A stretch of DNA of 64,000 nt from Bilabrum cf. latius (taxonomy: Eukaryota): assembly GCA_965178125.1 (NCBI GenBank), contig OZ237757.1:620001-684000 (forward strand), read 5' to 3'. Below, piece by piece: positions 30,001-43,033 of this stretch (position 1 is the stretch's first letter; each line of letters begins with the position of its first letter). The notes under the pieces were generated by a model. The model ran no database searches. It was given only the letters and a program-made list of their open reading frames with translations, and was not told the origin of the DNA. Made by a program: the position numbers and the translations under genes.

Positions 30001-33000
30001 GCGACACCACGGTACCTCCTTCACCGACTGTTGCAAGTCCATTCAGAGCATCTTGCACCTCCAGTGCCGTCGCGTCTGCTCGCAAATTACCAGTGGTGGT
30101 GCTGGCTGCTGTGCCAAATTGCAGTAGGAACGTACCTCCGACCGCCTCTCTGCCCTGATTCAGCGTGTCTATCTCCACACGCGTAGATCCAGTCGGGGTC
30201 AGCGTGTCTGAGTCTACCACAAGCTCCGCAACATTGCCCACCGGATCAAGGAATGTGACCAGCCAGCTCCTCCCGGAGTCTTGACCCCCGCCAGTCGGCA
30301 GAGAGCCGTTTGTCAGCTACAATGAAACATGCACGGAATCGATCGAATCCAGTCCTTCAAGTGCTGCCATGACAGCTGATGCAGATGCGTCGTGTGCGAT
30401 GGGATCAGTGGTCTCGCTATTAAATGACAGCACAACGCTGCCGCCGGTCGCAAACCGATCAGCAGCATCGTTCAGGATATTCACCACCTAGATTTCCGGT
30501 ACAGAATGGTCTGCGGAACTTGTCGTGACAGTTTGTACCTCCGTTACACCGTTTTGGACGCTGGAGACCTAGCAAGATCCCGTGCTCAGTCCAGATCCAA
30601 GGCAGTGCATGGTTGGCACGGGCCCGAGATCACCTGTAAACGTAATGACGTACTGCCTCCCACCATTGCCAAGAGTTGTTTTACCGACGTCAACCTGCAA
30701 AATCTGATCCAGGTCCTCGATGATGCTCTTGAGCTCGAGAGCTGAGGCGTCGGAGTCAACAGGGGCAGATGTCTCGATCGCCCCGCCCGCAGGATTGTAT
30801 GACCGCATATCAATGGACAGTGATATGTTCCCAGCAGCGATAGAAGACACGTCAAGGCGTTGAACCGAGTACACAGATGGATTATACGAGGCAATACCTC
30901 CGTCCTGGATCCAACGATGCGTTCCTGACGCGCCGTCCAATTCGGGTGTCTCCCACAGCTCCGTCAAAAAGCGGTCTCCGCCAGCGAATCCTTGAGAAAC
31001 AAGCGTGTCTCGCACAGGGGACCCATCTGATTTCTTCGGTTCGATAGTGAACTCGTTTGTCTGTCCTCGGATGCGCTCCTCAACCTGAATGGAAACGGTG
31101 GCTCCGCTAAGGCTACCGTTAGTGGCCTGCAGGGTGGGCACGTCACCGACGGTCTCACCAAACGCTACAATCCACACAGATCCGGCCGTGCCGAGCGGCT
31201 GTGCTCCAGATGGAGGTGACTACACAGTCACACGCACTCCCATCAGACTTCCGAGTCTGCCCGACGGTGCCCTGTAAGGCAGTCCCTCCAGTGCATCGGC
31301 GATCACATCTGGGCTAGCATCGAAGTCCAACGGCTGCGTCTAGCCGTTTACCGCTCCTGTGGATAGCTGGAAGGTACCACTAATGCCAACGCCAGAGAGC
31401 GAGATTGACTGTTCCTCGAACACAGCTCCTGTGAAGCCTTGCACCAGGGCAGGCCCGCTGGCGGTGGTCTATGACGCTGATGACCCTGCTCGAGCCACCA
31501 CGGTGCTTGAGGCTGCTGAGGGCACCCCATGTCCCACCGCAGAAATTGCAACAACCTTAAAGGCGTACGATGAACCAGTCTGCAGCCCTGTTGCTTGCAC
31601 CTCGACTGTATTTGGCTGTCCTCGCCCGTCGTACACAAGTATAGCAGGAGTGCCTACCACGACTTCATCAACGGCAGCCCGAGCGGCACGTCCTGTCAAG
31701 CGGCCGCCCGTGGCCTCTAATATCGGAAGGTCTCCCAACTGCCCGGTAAAAGTGATCATGATTCGCATGCCATTGTACGGCAAGGCGGTCAACGCGATAT
31801 CAACGTCAGTCACGGTGGACAGCTCCTCCAGTGCTGCCTCAACCCGAGCTGCAGATGTTCCAACGGGGATGTCGCCGGTTGACTCGCCTTCAAAGAGCAG
31901 ACGGAAGTCTCCACCAAGCTCCAATGATCCCTCTTGGCGCGTCTAGACCTGTACATCGGCCATAAGCCCCGGCGATGAAGGCTGCAACGACACATCCTCG
32001 GCATCCAACTCGCCAACATTCCCATGACGCTGCGGCCATGATACCGCGAACCTGGCGATTGAGGCCGGCGATGACAAATCCTGCGAAACAATCACGTCAC
32101 ACAGATCTGAAAATTGAGAACAGCCACGCCGAAGGGCTGACTGCACGTCAGAGCCCGGGGAGGAGGCGTCGAGCACTTGTGTGCGGAAGACGCCGCCCCC
32201 GTCCGTGCCAATCCCCTCGCCTGGCTCAAACCTCGATAGAACGAAGCTACCCGCAGACGCGTTTGACACCTCGAGGATCTGCACTTCTCCAATGGGCTGG
32301 CCGCAAGTTAGCTCAACCTGCTGCACCTCGACCTTGACGGGATTAGGCTCGGCAACTGTGTTCGGCGCAGCACCGGGAAACGCGTACAGCATGTAGCCTG
32401 TGATTGCATTAGCTAGCACGGGAGGTGTGCCTGTCTCTGGGTCAGTGGGTGCCGTCCACTTGAGATGGATAGAGGTCGATCCAATGTCAACGTAGTCGGG
32501 CTGCCCCGGTCGCCTCGGAGACTCGCCTGCTATCACGTTCGAGAAAGCAGACGGAGAGCTGAACCCGTGCTCATTGCGGGCAGATACGCGGAATCGGTAG
32601 CTCTCGCCCCTCTCCAGGCCGCCAACAAAGTGAACGAGCTCCCTCGTTTGCAGCCGTGCAGCAGACACGTTCGCCGTCAAATGCTAGGAAGCTGACGTCC
32701 TCGCAAAAAGCAGGGGCGGCGACGGGTGTCGCTGTGCGCTGGGCAAAAGTGGCAACCCGTCAAAGCCAGCGGCGGCAGCGGCTGAGCCATCTTCGTCGCT
32801 GACAAATGCAATTGCAAGCGAACGTTCCTCGGCAGAAGCTGCACTCAACTCTGCAACGATGAATTTACCGCCGAGGCCTCGCTCCAGGCTGGACTCAATA
32901 TCGGCCGCCGCTGCGCCGCACTTGAACGTGGCCTAGCGTCCGGTGAAACCAGGACCCCTACCAGCTGACCTTTGCTCGCTTGCAAAGGATCCCTCGGCAG

Positions 33001-36000
33001 GTTCGTTCACGCTGACTTGTACGTCAAGGTCAGCAAGACTAACCGTGGATGCATCTTGTGTCGTACAAGACAGCATCTGCACCTCTGGCACACCACCACC
33101 GGTGCTTGTCTCGGAAACAGTCACATCGGACTCCAAGAGGACCGAGTCATCATCTATCTGGATTCGCAAATCCTCTATATCCCCAGCATGTCGCCAACCT
33201 CCAGTGCTACCACTAAACACATCATTCGATACGTCTGACGTGGCAGACACAAAGGTGATGGCCCATGTCGTGCTTGCAGGAGTGAACGTAACTTTCGTGA
33301 CCCCGAAAGATCCACCAGTCGCATTTCCGAGGGCGGACTACATTAACACTGCTCCATCATCTGCATCAAGCAACCTTGAGTCATCCGCAGCGGGTATCGA
33401 GGCTGAAAGAGCACCACGAAGAGCCAGTCGGAAGGTCCCGTTGCCGCTGTACAGCGAGTTGACAGAGATCGTCTGCACCTCAAGAGTGTCAAGGGTGGCC
33501 GGCCTACTAAAGTTGCCCCCGCTGCCATCGTCCATCTCGACCAAAAATGACGTGATCGGGCTGCCTCCATTGTCCGCCGGCCGGTCGAAGCGAATGCCAA
33601 CGATGGCATCGTCATGATTGCGGTCAGACCCGCCGTGCGAGCGAGGGTCGCGGGTCGGACTTGCGGGCGACTGAGGCACGCCTGGCCGGCGCACTGGAAG
33701 AACCGACTCGTCAGACGCAGATGAGGCACCATTAGTGCTCAGCGCCCGCACCCTGAATCTGTACCTTGCCCCTGCCTCAACGTAGGGCGAGGCAATCACC
33801 GCTCGCAGCACGCCAGGCTTGCCTGACCCGTCGAACACCTCCCTCCATACCTCGGCGGTGCTTCCGACCGATGGCTCGCCTCCGGCCCAGGAGTTCATCT
33901 CGAGCGAGTATCCAGTGACCGGGCTACCCCCGGTATCCGTGGGGTGGCTCCAAGCAACTGTGATGGCGTCTTTGCTGGATTCGACCAAAACCGGGGCATC
34001 CGGAGGGCCAGGAGGGAGCATAGCAGGGCCCAGGGACGACGGAGTGGAGCTCGCGCGGGAGCCATACCCTTGCTGGTTGCGTGCCGATACACGCACGAAA
34101 ACTTCTTCCCCTGGCTGCAGGTTCTGGATCTTGAGCTGGTAGGGCAAAGGCGCCGAAATGTCAGTGAACTCAACAGCACCGTAGGCGGCACTTACGTTTC
34201 CAGCCACTGTCTGCAGAACTTCAGTGCTAGATGCCCCTGAGAGAAGAGAGCTATCAATCTGAAGGGCTGGCTGCTGCCCTACGTGGCAAAGGTCCCTGCC
34301 GCTCGCCGTCAGCCCGCAGTCTGCAAACGTGACCATCCACGAGAAGCCATCAGGCCGCTCCGTACGAGAAACGTGCACGTCTCCGACCCCGTCGAGGACC
34401 TCGAGAGCATCCTCTACATCAGCAGCCGGTGCGTCAAACCGGATGGCCGACGTTGAAGCCTGTGGCACAGTCTCGTCAGCGAGGCCTGCCGAAGGGTTAC
34501 CGACAGCTACGATCGGCCCAAACATGAGAGCAAAGGTGCCATCGATCGGATCGCTTCCAGATGCGATGCGCGACGTTGACACAAGTGCCCCCCTTCCTGC
34601 CAGCCCCTCCAGCCCGGACTGGTCCACATCATCGGCTCGCTGCAGGAGGGCCTGCGCGCCGGCGCCCCGCGGCTGCGCACCTGGATTGGATACAAACACA
34701 ATGGTCCAGTTGTACCCTTGCTAGGGGGATGGTCCCACCCTTGTAACCTGCACATCACCCACAGACGGCAGGCCCTCAATGGCAGCCTCCATTTGGTTCT
34801 CTGAGGCATCGAAGGGGATGGGTGACGTCACGTGGTTCATTGACCTCAGCCTGAACGTACCACCGAGCTCATTTCCATCCGCAGCCACCGCCCCATCGCA
34901 TGGGCGGTTGCTCGCCAGGACTATGTCAGCAAACGCAGCCAATGAGACCGAATCCTCCTCGGGCGGACTTGCAACGCATACACGGGCTCCCGCACCGCTG
35001 CCGAGCAGCTGCGTCGTATCCTCCACCATGATGGGAGGGACGTCGCCGCCCACCATGCTCCCAACGAATTCAACCACCCAGGACTGCGCATCACTGCCAG
35101 GAAACTACGCTGTGGCCGAGCCAGAATCTGGCGCGTCGGAGACAGATACGTCGTCCACACTGGGGAGCGCCTCTAGAGCGGCCTCCACGGCGGCGCTGGC
35201 GGCATTGTGTTGGATCGGCTCCGTAATGTAGCCGCGGAAGCTGAGGCGGAAGGACCCGGACAGCTGAGCCACGCCCTTGGTTGCCTCGCTGATCGTTATG
35301 ATCTTGTTCCCTCTGAGACTCTCAGTGTCAGCCAGCAACGCAGGAAGATCGCCACTGGCACCTGGCGTAAGGCTGAAGGTGACAAGCATCTGCTCTGGTG
35401 GGATGCTGGAGACGGCGTCATAGCCCCGACAAGCCACCGTCTGCGCAGTGCCAGTTGCTGAGCCCATCGTAACGGTGACATCAGTAATGGTGGGCAGCCG
35501 CTCCAATGCCTCCTCGACAGAGTCGCCATCTCCAGTCCGCTGCACGGGCGCGTCCCACGCAATGGAATCAGTTTGGTGACCGCGGAACGACAGCCGAAAC
35601 ACGCCGCCAGTTGCATCACATTCGACTGCCTGCACCTCAACGGCGTCAGGCAGCCCTGCAGCTGTGCCTGTCGTTTGGATGATTTGCACCTCGGGCACCT
35701 GATCCGCAGCGGTGGAGACCAACTGCCTCTCCTGCTGCGGGGCCGAGTTGATGCGCACTTCCTGCACGTTCGGCGTGATCTCTACCGGGCTGAACTCAAC
35801 TAGGTATTTCTCCACAGGCAAGCCTCCATCGATGGCCGGCGGCATGAACGACACGTCAATGGAGGAACCGCTGTCAGACCCAAGGAATACACTCTCTGGC
35901 TCTGCGGGCGGGTTCACGGACGGCGCGAACGGCACGGGAATCGCCACCAGGGCAGGCCCGTACCCTCGTGCATTAGCAGCGGCTACCCGGAAGAAGTAGG

Positions 36001-38440
36001 GCACCCCCTGCCGCAGGTTAGGAACCGCGATCTCCGTCGAGGTTACGTCTGCCACAACCTGTGCCCCAAGGGGCAAGCCACCCTGTCCCTGATTGAAGGG
36101 CGGGGGCGCACCACGCACTACCTCCTCCACGACTGCCTGCGGGTGGGTTCCTGTCAGACTCTTGGTGTCAATTTCAAGGAGCGGCAAGTCGCCCAGGTTG
36201 TCCTCGAAGATGACCGTCCACGTGTAGTCTCCGCTCGGACCGACCAGCGCGCGGGTGATAGACACGTCACCCACCGTCGCCAGCTCCTCGAGCTCGGCCT
36301 CCACGATTACAGAGCTTGCGTTGTACGGCATGTAGGCCGTGCGCTGTCCCTTAAAGCTGAGAGCAAATACTCCTCCCAGCGCAGTAGCGTCTCCGTCCTA
36401 AATCGTCGTAAAAGCCACAGAGGCGGGGTCATACGACGCCATGCCGATCGATCCAGAGAGCGCGTCAGCAGTCGCCAACAGCTCCACTTGTGGCAGGTCG
36501 CCCGCCTTCTGCAGGAACGTTGCGTTGAACGAAAGCCTTGTATGAGGGCTTCCAATGCAAGACACCGACACGGGGCCAAATGCAGCCCCTGATAGCGCGC
36601 CCTGCATGGCATCCCGCACGTCTTGCACCAACGAGGAGCAATTGCTGGCAGCCGACACCTGGACTATGCCAGAGCGGGCCTCGGGCAGGCTGCCGTAGGC
36701 GGGCATCAACAGCACAAATTCGCCATTAATAACGGCGGTAGCGTTTTCTGGCTGAACAGCAAAGGCCTAGATCTCCTGCTAAGTGCCCTGCCTAGTCTCG
36801 TTGGCCTCAACTCGCGCCCCGTCGCCAGTCAGGTCGGACGTCACCCGGAAGTTGTCCACATTGCCGACGAGGTTATCAAACGCGACGGTCCATACAAAGC
36901 CACCGTTCCTGTCAGGTCCCGTACGAGACACCCCCACGGAGCCAGTCTGCAACTCAGTCTCCAAGGCCACCTTGACGTCCGTTGTGCTAGCATCGTGCGC
37001 CAAAGCCACCTCCGCTCCCTACCACGTCACGTTGAAGGAGCCACCCAGCTGATTTCCGTCGGAAGCGTGACCCATACACGGGGCGGAGGTCGAGTTGGAG
37101 ACGCACACGACCACGTCGGCCCCGTTGCCAGTCATGAGCCCTGCCGAGGGCACGAGGGCAGGCAGGTCCCCTGCGTTGAAGTCCGACGTGAAGGTCACGG
37201 CCCAGCCCCTCTCGCCGATGGGACCCTCTAGGCCCGCTTCTCTGAACGCGCCAGGGGAACCGAATGCCGGAGGCAGTGCCGGGGGCAGCTCCGGTGGCGG
37301 CACCGACCTGACTTCGACCGAGTCTACTGTAGGCAGCTGCTGCAGGGCGTCCTTGAGCTACCCCTCCGTGGCGTCTGCCGGGATAAGCGCCGACTGCTCC
37401 CCACCGAAACTCAGCCTGAACTACCCTCCCAGCTTGGCGCCTTCTCTGAGCGTCTGTATGCCGATGTCTGCGCCGATGCTCTCGAGGGCAGACTGCTGCA
37501 CGAACAGCTGGGGCACGTCCCCCAGCGCGGCGTCGAACGTGACCGTCCACTCGTAGCCTCCCTGGGCATCCGGCCCCGCCCTCGTCACGTTCACATCGCC
37601 TATGTTGGGCATCGCCTCCAGGATTTCTTCCAGGGAAGTCCTCACCGGCCCATCCCCTCTCGAAGCGGCGGCATCGTGCTCGATGACACCCGACGAGTAC
37701 CTGCCCCCACCGTTCGGCGAGGTGTCGAAGCCAACACGGAACACTCCCCGGAGACTTTCGAGGGGTGCTGCCACGGTGGTGATTCTTTGTATCTCGGCCT
37801 GCGGGCTGCCCGTGGTCCGCACGACCTGCACCTCGTCACTATGCGCAGCGGTGGTGCGAATGGTCTGCTCCTCGTTGGGCCCCAGGTCCACCTGAGTCGA
37901 AACTGCCTGTACTTCGCGAGTGGGCGGGGCCGTATCCCATTCAACTCGGTAAGAAGTGATTAGCGCGCCGCCTGCAATATGTCAGTAGTTGAATAAGTAT
38001 GGTATTTCGCGATGACAGCTTCACAGCATTCAAAATAGCTCGAGCTCCTGCTGAGCAACTACGCCACACACCACCATAGCTCCAGAGGCGGTGACGCATC
38101 ATTTAACGTTTCTTACCATCACTCTGTGGCGGCGAAAAACTGAGGCGCAAAGTGTCCCCGGCCACACTGCTGAGACGCGCTGTGGCTGGGGGTCCTGGCG
38201 GCATGGAGAGACCAACTGGATCCACCACCGCTCCATTCTCAACTAAGCCTGCAATCGATGTTGGAATATGTTGTGATTTTGTGTAGCAAATTACAGTTTT
38301 GGAGCCAATTGAGCAGTATCAAGGAGGTGAGCATGCGCGCCGCGGCTCCGAAGTATTGGCGTGGTCATCTCACGCTCATCATAAAGCTGGCCGCATACAG
38401 CTGTGGCAGCCAAACTTAGAATTATGGCACAAGTACGCAT
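1..38440 (-). CDS. Giant secreted/surface multidomain protein (fibronectin type III + 'EVQ' repeats + filamin-type Ig + PA14), >12,700 aa, 3' end outside window; requires TAG as sense
   Basis: Exon 1 (38440-38374) encodes a signal peptide, MRTCAIILSLAATAVCG-QLYDE. GT-AG intron 38373-38249; exon 2 38248-38117; GT-AG intron 38116-37972; exon 3 runs 37971 to <1. About 58 minus-strand ORF-track fragments (572..811 through 37421..37891) share one frame (low coordinate mod 3 = 2). Every fragment end I checked is TAG, and the gaps I read continue the same domain motifs. Motifs: FN3 (DGGSPITxYxVEWD; GLxxGxxYYVRVxAxNxxGxG), filamin (QARDxxGN...GSPFxV), PA14 (GGLxAxYFxNxWL...SxRWxG; about 29050-29460, 24850-25400, 21290-21760). 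Confidence 0.9.
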
Positions 38441-39625
38441 CACTGTGCCCAGTGCTGCCGAGTGGCCCTAGCCGGAACGAATGCAATTGCGTGCGTCCTG
38501 GGTGCGAATGCTCCTTTGCTGGTGCCTTCCCGATTCTCGCTCCGCTAAACGTTTGAGCTGGTCAAGCTCGGAATTCTGAGATCTGTTCTAATAAAGATAC
38601 TCGCGTGAAGCGTCGGAGCTTTTTGTACACAAATACGCTGGTTTGTGCAATAAAAATCACCAATGAACAGCTCAACGCTCGGATCGGCGCCGCGCTAATG
38701 CCAAGTTTAGTAGCGGAACATGAATGCAACACAACTTCAAGGCGACCGCACTCGTACGCTGTTTATTCATCCTAACTGTATGCACTGGATCAACCAATTC
38801 AAGTGACAGTACTAGAGTCAGTCTTGCAAATGGGATCCGTGGCGTGTTTGTAACATTCGGTGACGGCTCGTGTTCCACAGCACGTTGCCTGCATCGCTTG
38901 GGACGCATGCAGCCTCGTGGTCCAACGCAATATTGATTGCTGTACGTCTAAAGCATTTATTGGCGTATGCTTGATTCGCACGACAGCCTGTTTTTTGGCT
39001 GTCGGAACTGGATCCACCCGCAATGTGGCAAATTCCACCGCTTGCGGCCCAACAATCCAAGATATCCTAAACCATTCGGGCATAAAAACGTTGTTACACT
39101 GCAAATATGCGCATTATCCATGCTTCGTATTCTGCATCCGAATTCCTATGCACAAGAGTTCGATGCGAAAGGTTGCACCCCCAAATGAACGCCCACTGGT
39201 CTTCTGGGAGCGAACAGATGAAGTACCCCCACGACCCAAAATACGTTTCGGCAGGCAATGAACACGTACACCACTTCGATTGCGTGACGCAGTGCTTGAT
39301 TTGGCTCATTTTGTTCGATTTGTTGCAGCAATCGTCAGCCCACCCAGATATCCCAGCTGCGGCCAGACTCCGCTACGAGTAGACAACGTTGCAAGAGCTC
39401 GACCGCATCGATTTTCATTCCATTAACTACACAGTTTGTCTGCGGATCTCGTGCGGTTGTGTTTTCTTCCTGCGGAATTCGAGAATCAACCAATGCAAGC
39501 ATATTGCCCTTTTAGGTGACGTGAACTCGTCGGATACCTACAGCATTTTAGTGGAGCCAGACAGAGGGATTCATATTTTAACCTTGGCTTGGATGCCTGG
39601 CGGTGGTTTCTGAAAGCAGGTGTAA

Positions 39626-42600
39626 ATGCCGAAGAGGTCCCCAACACTGGTGCAAGGCAACAAACGGAAGGATGGCTCGCGGCACATCACCAAAAAGGCC
39701 ACCAAACAATCCAACGTGAGTCTATCTCAATTTTCATTGTTGTTACTAGCGTTTATGGCTTGCAAGCATGATATTTCCGTCTTTGAAGCTAATCTCAGTA
39801 TACTACACACCACAGACACTCGGTGCCAAGCGAAAGCGTCAAGAAGACGGGCCATCAAAGCCTCGCAACGGAGCGAGCGGCAAGCTTGTTGGAGGCAAGG
39901 CCGCCAGCTCATTGCTTGGGCAGAAAGCAGGGCGAGGACCCAAGTCCGGTTTGGGCAAGCAGCGAGCTAACGGTCATGCCAAGCGAAGCAAGAGTCCTGG
40001 CCCAGGCAGCGCGAAGCGACACCGCACCAACCAGAAGCCCTCAAAGTCTGGATCGTCCTCCAAGCGAACACCTGGATCGCGACCTCCTCCGCCAGCTGCG
40101 CACAAGCGGGGCAAGCCCGGGAGCTCCCAGCGAGGAGGCGCGGCCAAGCCCAAAGGCGAGCACACGCCCCTGCATGTGCTCCTGGCCAGCCAGCCACTCG
40201 TCCGCAGCGTGCCCGAGGCCCGCTACATGGACCACCGGCACTTCGCCATCGAGCAGTCACTCGTCACACAGGCGAAGAGCACCCCGCCGCAGTACCGCTT
40301 CATCCGCCGCAACCAGTGGCTTGTCCCCAGGCCCAGGCGGAGGTAGGTGGCGCCGGGCCACATGGATGACGCCGATCTGCAGCCGTGCGAGTGCAGGCGG
40401 AGCGGGTCTATCACCTGCCTGCCTGGCTGCGTGAATGCCGCCCTCCACGCGGAGTGCGTGGGCGGCGATGGCGCCAGCAGCAGCACCAGCAGCGGCGGAG
40501 GCAGAGGCGCTGGGTCCTCCTCGTCCACTTCATCCTCTTCTAGCGGTGTCGCAAAGGCCGCCACGAACTGTTCCTTGGGCCCCGCGTGCGGGAACCGACG
40601 GCTGCAGCAGTGCGCGCACATCAAGCACAAGCTCGTGTTCTATCCCGACAAGGGCTGGGGCGTAGTGGCAACCGAGGCCAAGGAGAAAGGCGACTTCCTG
40701 GCGGAGTACGTGGGCGAGGTGGTGGACGAGAATATGATGGAGCAGAGGCTAGGAGAGGCATCCAGCGCGCAGGAGCAGCATTTCTACATGATGCAGCTCT
40801 CCAACCGGCTGTACATCGATTCCCGATCCAAGGGCAACTTTACTCGATTTGTGAACCACTGCTGCGATCCGAACGCCGAGTGCCAGACGTGGAAGGTAGG
40901 GGGCGAGGACAGGGTGGCTATCTTCGCCCGAAAGACAATTCGGCCAGATGACGAGCTCACCTACGACTACAAGTGGTTTTCCAAGCGAAAGTACGCGTGT
41001 CACTGCGGCGCTGCCAACTGCAGGGGCTACTTCGGGGGCGACGACAGCACGCTGAGCACGGCGGGCAGCGACGACGAGGGCGAACACGTGCTGGACGGGG
41101 CATAGGTGGGGAGGGGACACGGAGCTGGGACCGGTCGCGGCGTTGGCAAGGGCAAGGCCAAGGGCAAGAAGGCTCGAGTGCACGGCGAGCAGGCCGTGGC
41201 GCTGTGGAGGACGGGCGGGGTGGAGCTACACGAGGTGCCTCCAGAGCCGAGGGCGGGCTTGCGGGCTGCAAGGCAGGGGGGTCTGCAGCTGCAGCGGGCC
41301 GTGCCGTTGGGAGCCGCACCGCGCGGCACTGCGGATTGGGCATCGCTTGGTGGCAGCGGCCTGGCTCCAGGACTAGCTCGTGGTCGTGGTGTTCTTCTCG
41401 ACTCAGACGAGGACAGTGACATAGATGCTGGCGATGGTATTGGCTTTGGCAACGACGCTGCGTCCGCATCCGCGGGAAGCAGTGTAGATCCAGGAGAGAG
41501 CAGTGTGCTCCGGAGCCCGTGGGAGCGAGCTAGGGTCATCTCGTACATGGACGCGACCCGCCGCAGCATGTCTCGGACCACCAACCACTCTACCATGGCG
41601 CCGGCGTGGACGACTGATGGCATGCGGCCTGGCATTGGAATCAAGGTCAGGGTTCGGCTGGCCAGGCAGGCCGCAAAAGGCAATGATGGTGCTGAGGGAC
41701 TTCGCAGCGGCAGAGAAACTACCAGGGGTGCGGGCAAGGGCAAGGGCAAGGGCAAGGGCAAAGAAATCATGCGCAGCACCCGCAGCCGGCGTGGGAGGGG
41801 CCCGTCTCCCACGCTGCATGCGTTTCTGCTGCCGCCCGCCCCCGTGCTATACCAGCCCCCAGTACCCAGGGCCGCTGCGACCGCGTCGCTTGGTCTCAGC
41901 TCTGCATCTTCCTCACCGGTGGGAACTGCTTCGGCCGCCGCTCGTGCTGGTGCTGAGTATGCTTCCCTCTCTGCTGCCGCCTCCTCAGGTGGGAGCAAGC
42001 GAGACCCTCGGCGGGTGGATTCATCCGCTTGGCGCGCGCGGCAGCAGGCGGCCAGCGATTGGGCCGCGCGCGGAGCGCAGCAGCGCGGCGGCGGGCTGCA
42101 GGTGCTCCTCCGCCGGCCCATTCCACAGTCCTAGAAGACAGCCCTGAAGGAGCTGGTCGAGCGGGCGGACAGGCAGGGCCTCTCATTCCTCCGCAAATCC
42201 CAGGCTGAGAGGGCCGAGAGGCTGGTTCTGACAGGGGCCGGTGTCCCCGGCGACTCCACCCGGGATGTCAGGAGGGGCCCGCTGCTCCCGCCTCCGGACT
42301 CGTTCTCCTTCGCCCTCTCGCCTGCATCGCGCGGGAGAAAGGCGGCATCGAGCCTGACGGCCTCGTACTCAGGTGCAGCAGCTCAGTTTGCGACAGGTTC
42401 AGGCATTGGTGGGACAGCAAACGGGGAAGAGTAGGGTCACCCGGCGCACTCCTTCGGTCCCCGCCCTGGGTTCCCCTTTTTGCTCAGGAACGCCAAGGCT
42501 GGATCCGACCTGCAGTCGCGGGCGCACGACCGCCGCACGGAGCTGCAAGGGCGCGGCGTGGAGGAGCGGCTGCTGAGGGAACACGAAGAGAAGCAAGAGC

Positions 42601-42761
42601 AGATAGAAATGGCGCGCGCGTCCGCCCGGATGGTCACGGCTGGTGGGCCAAGTGGTGCTGGTGGTGCCGGGTATATGGCAAGCTTCGCGCAGTCAGACGA
42701 TGGCTCCAGCTCGGGTTCGGGTTCAGAAACCGAAGCTAGCACCGATCCCGGGAGTCAGTGA
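39626..42761 (+). CDS. AWS-SET-postSET histone lysine methyltransferase (ASH1/NSD/SETD2-like, probably H3K36), about 1011 aa
   Basis: Exon 1 39626-39715; intron 39716-39815 (GTGAG...GCTAAT...CACAG); exon 2 39816-42761 ending TGA. Motifs KGWGV, EYVGEV, FYMM, KGNFTRFVNHCCDPN, DELTYDY, post-SET CHCGAANCRGYFG. Four in-frame TAG (40344, 41103, 42132, 42432). Confidence 0.88.
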
Positions 42762-43033
42762 GCCTTCTGGGTTTGAATGCCCGAGTTTGCCTAGTTGCAA
42801 TGGCCGGGCACGGGATCAGAACGCCCTCTGTGCCTGGCCTAGTTATCGCAGCTCTGCGTGGTCTAGCCTACGTGAACCTGTCTTGAGCCTTACAGCATTT
42901 TAGTTGGATTCCCGGTCGGATAGAGCGGGCTCGTAGCCAAAACAGCACGAAATAGATTATTTCTGTTGAAGTCCGTTTCTATTCATTGCATTAATGGTAG
43001 CACAACGGCCTGCTGGATCCACAGCGCCTAGCA

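Noticed and set aside
457-37963. Plus-strand ORFs (e.g. 4473..5057, 5391..6059, 32943..33617)
   Set aside because: Antisense shadows of the minus-strand giant CDS; no domain motifs.
1-37971. Giant gene as a decayed pseudogene or a cluster of many small genes
   Set aside because: One frame is held over 38 kb without frameshifts, only one stop type interrupts it, and the same pattern occurs in essential genes (RAD21, bL21).
38450-39620. Possible small gene(s) between the giant gene and the SET gene (e.g. 38799..39104 -, 39107..39382 +)
   Set aside because: No recognisable domain, and I could not build a consistent exon chain in either code; left unannotated.
41027-42121. Long antisense ORFs over GC-rich genes (also 57820..58776, 60939..61805, 62124..62864)
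   Set aside because: Expected by-products of high GC3 on the opposite strand of identified CDS.
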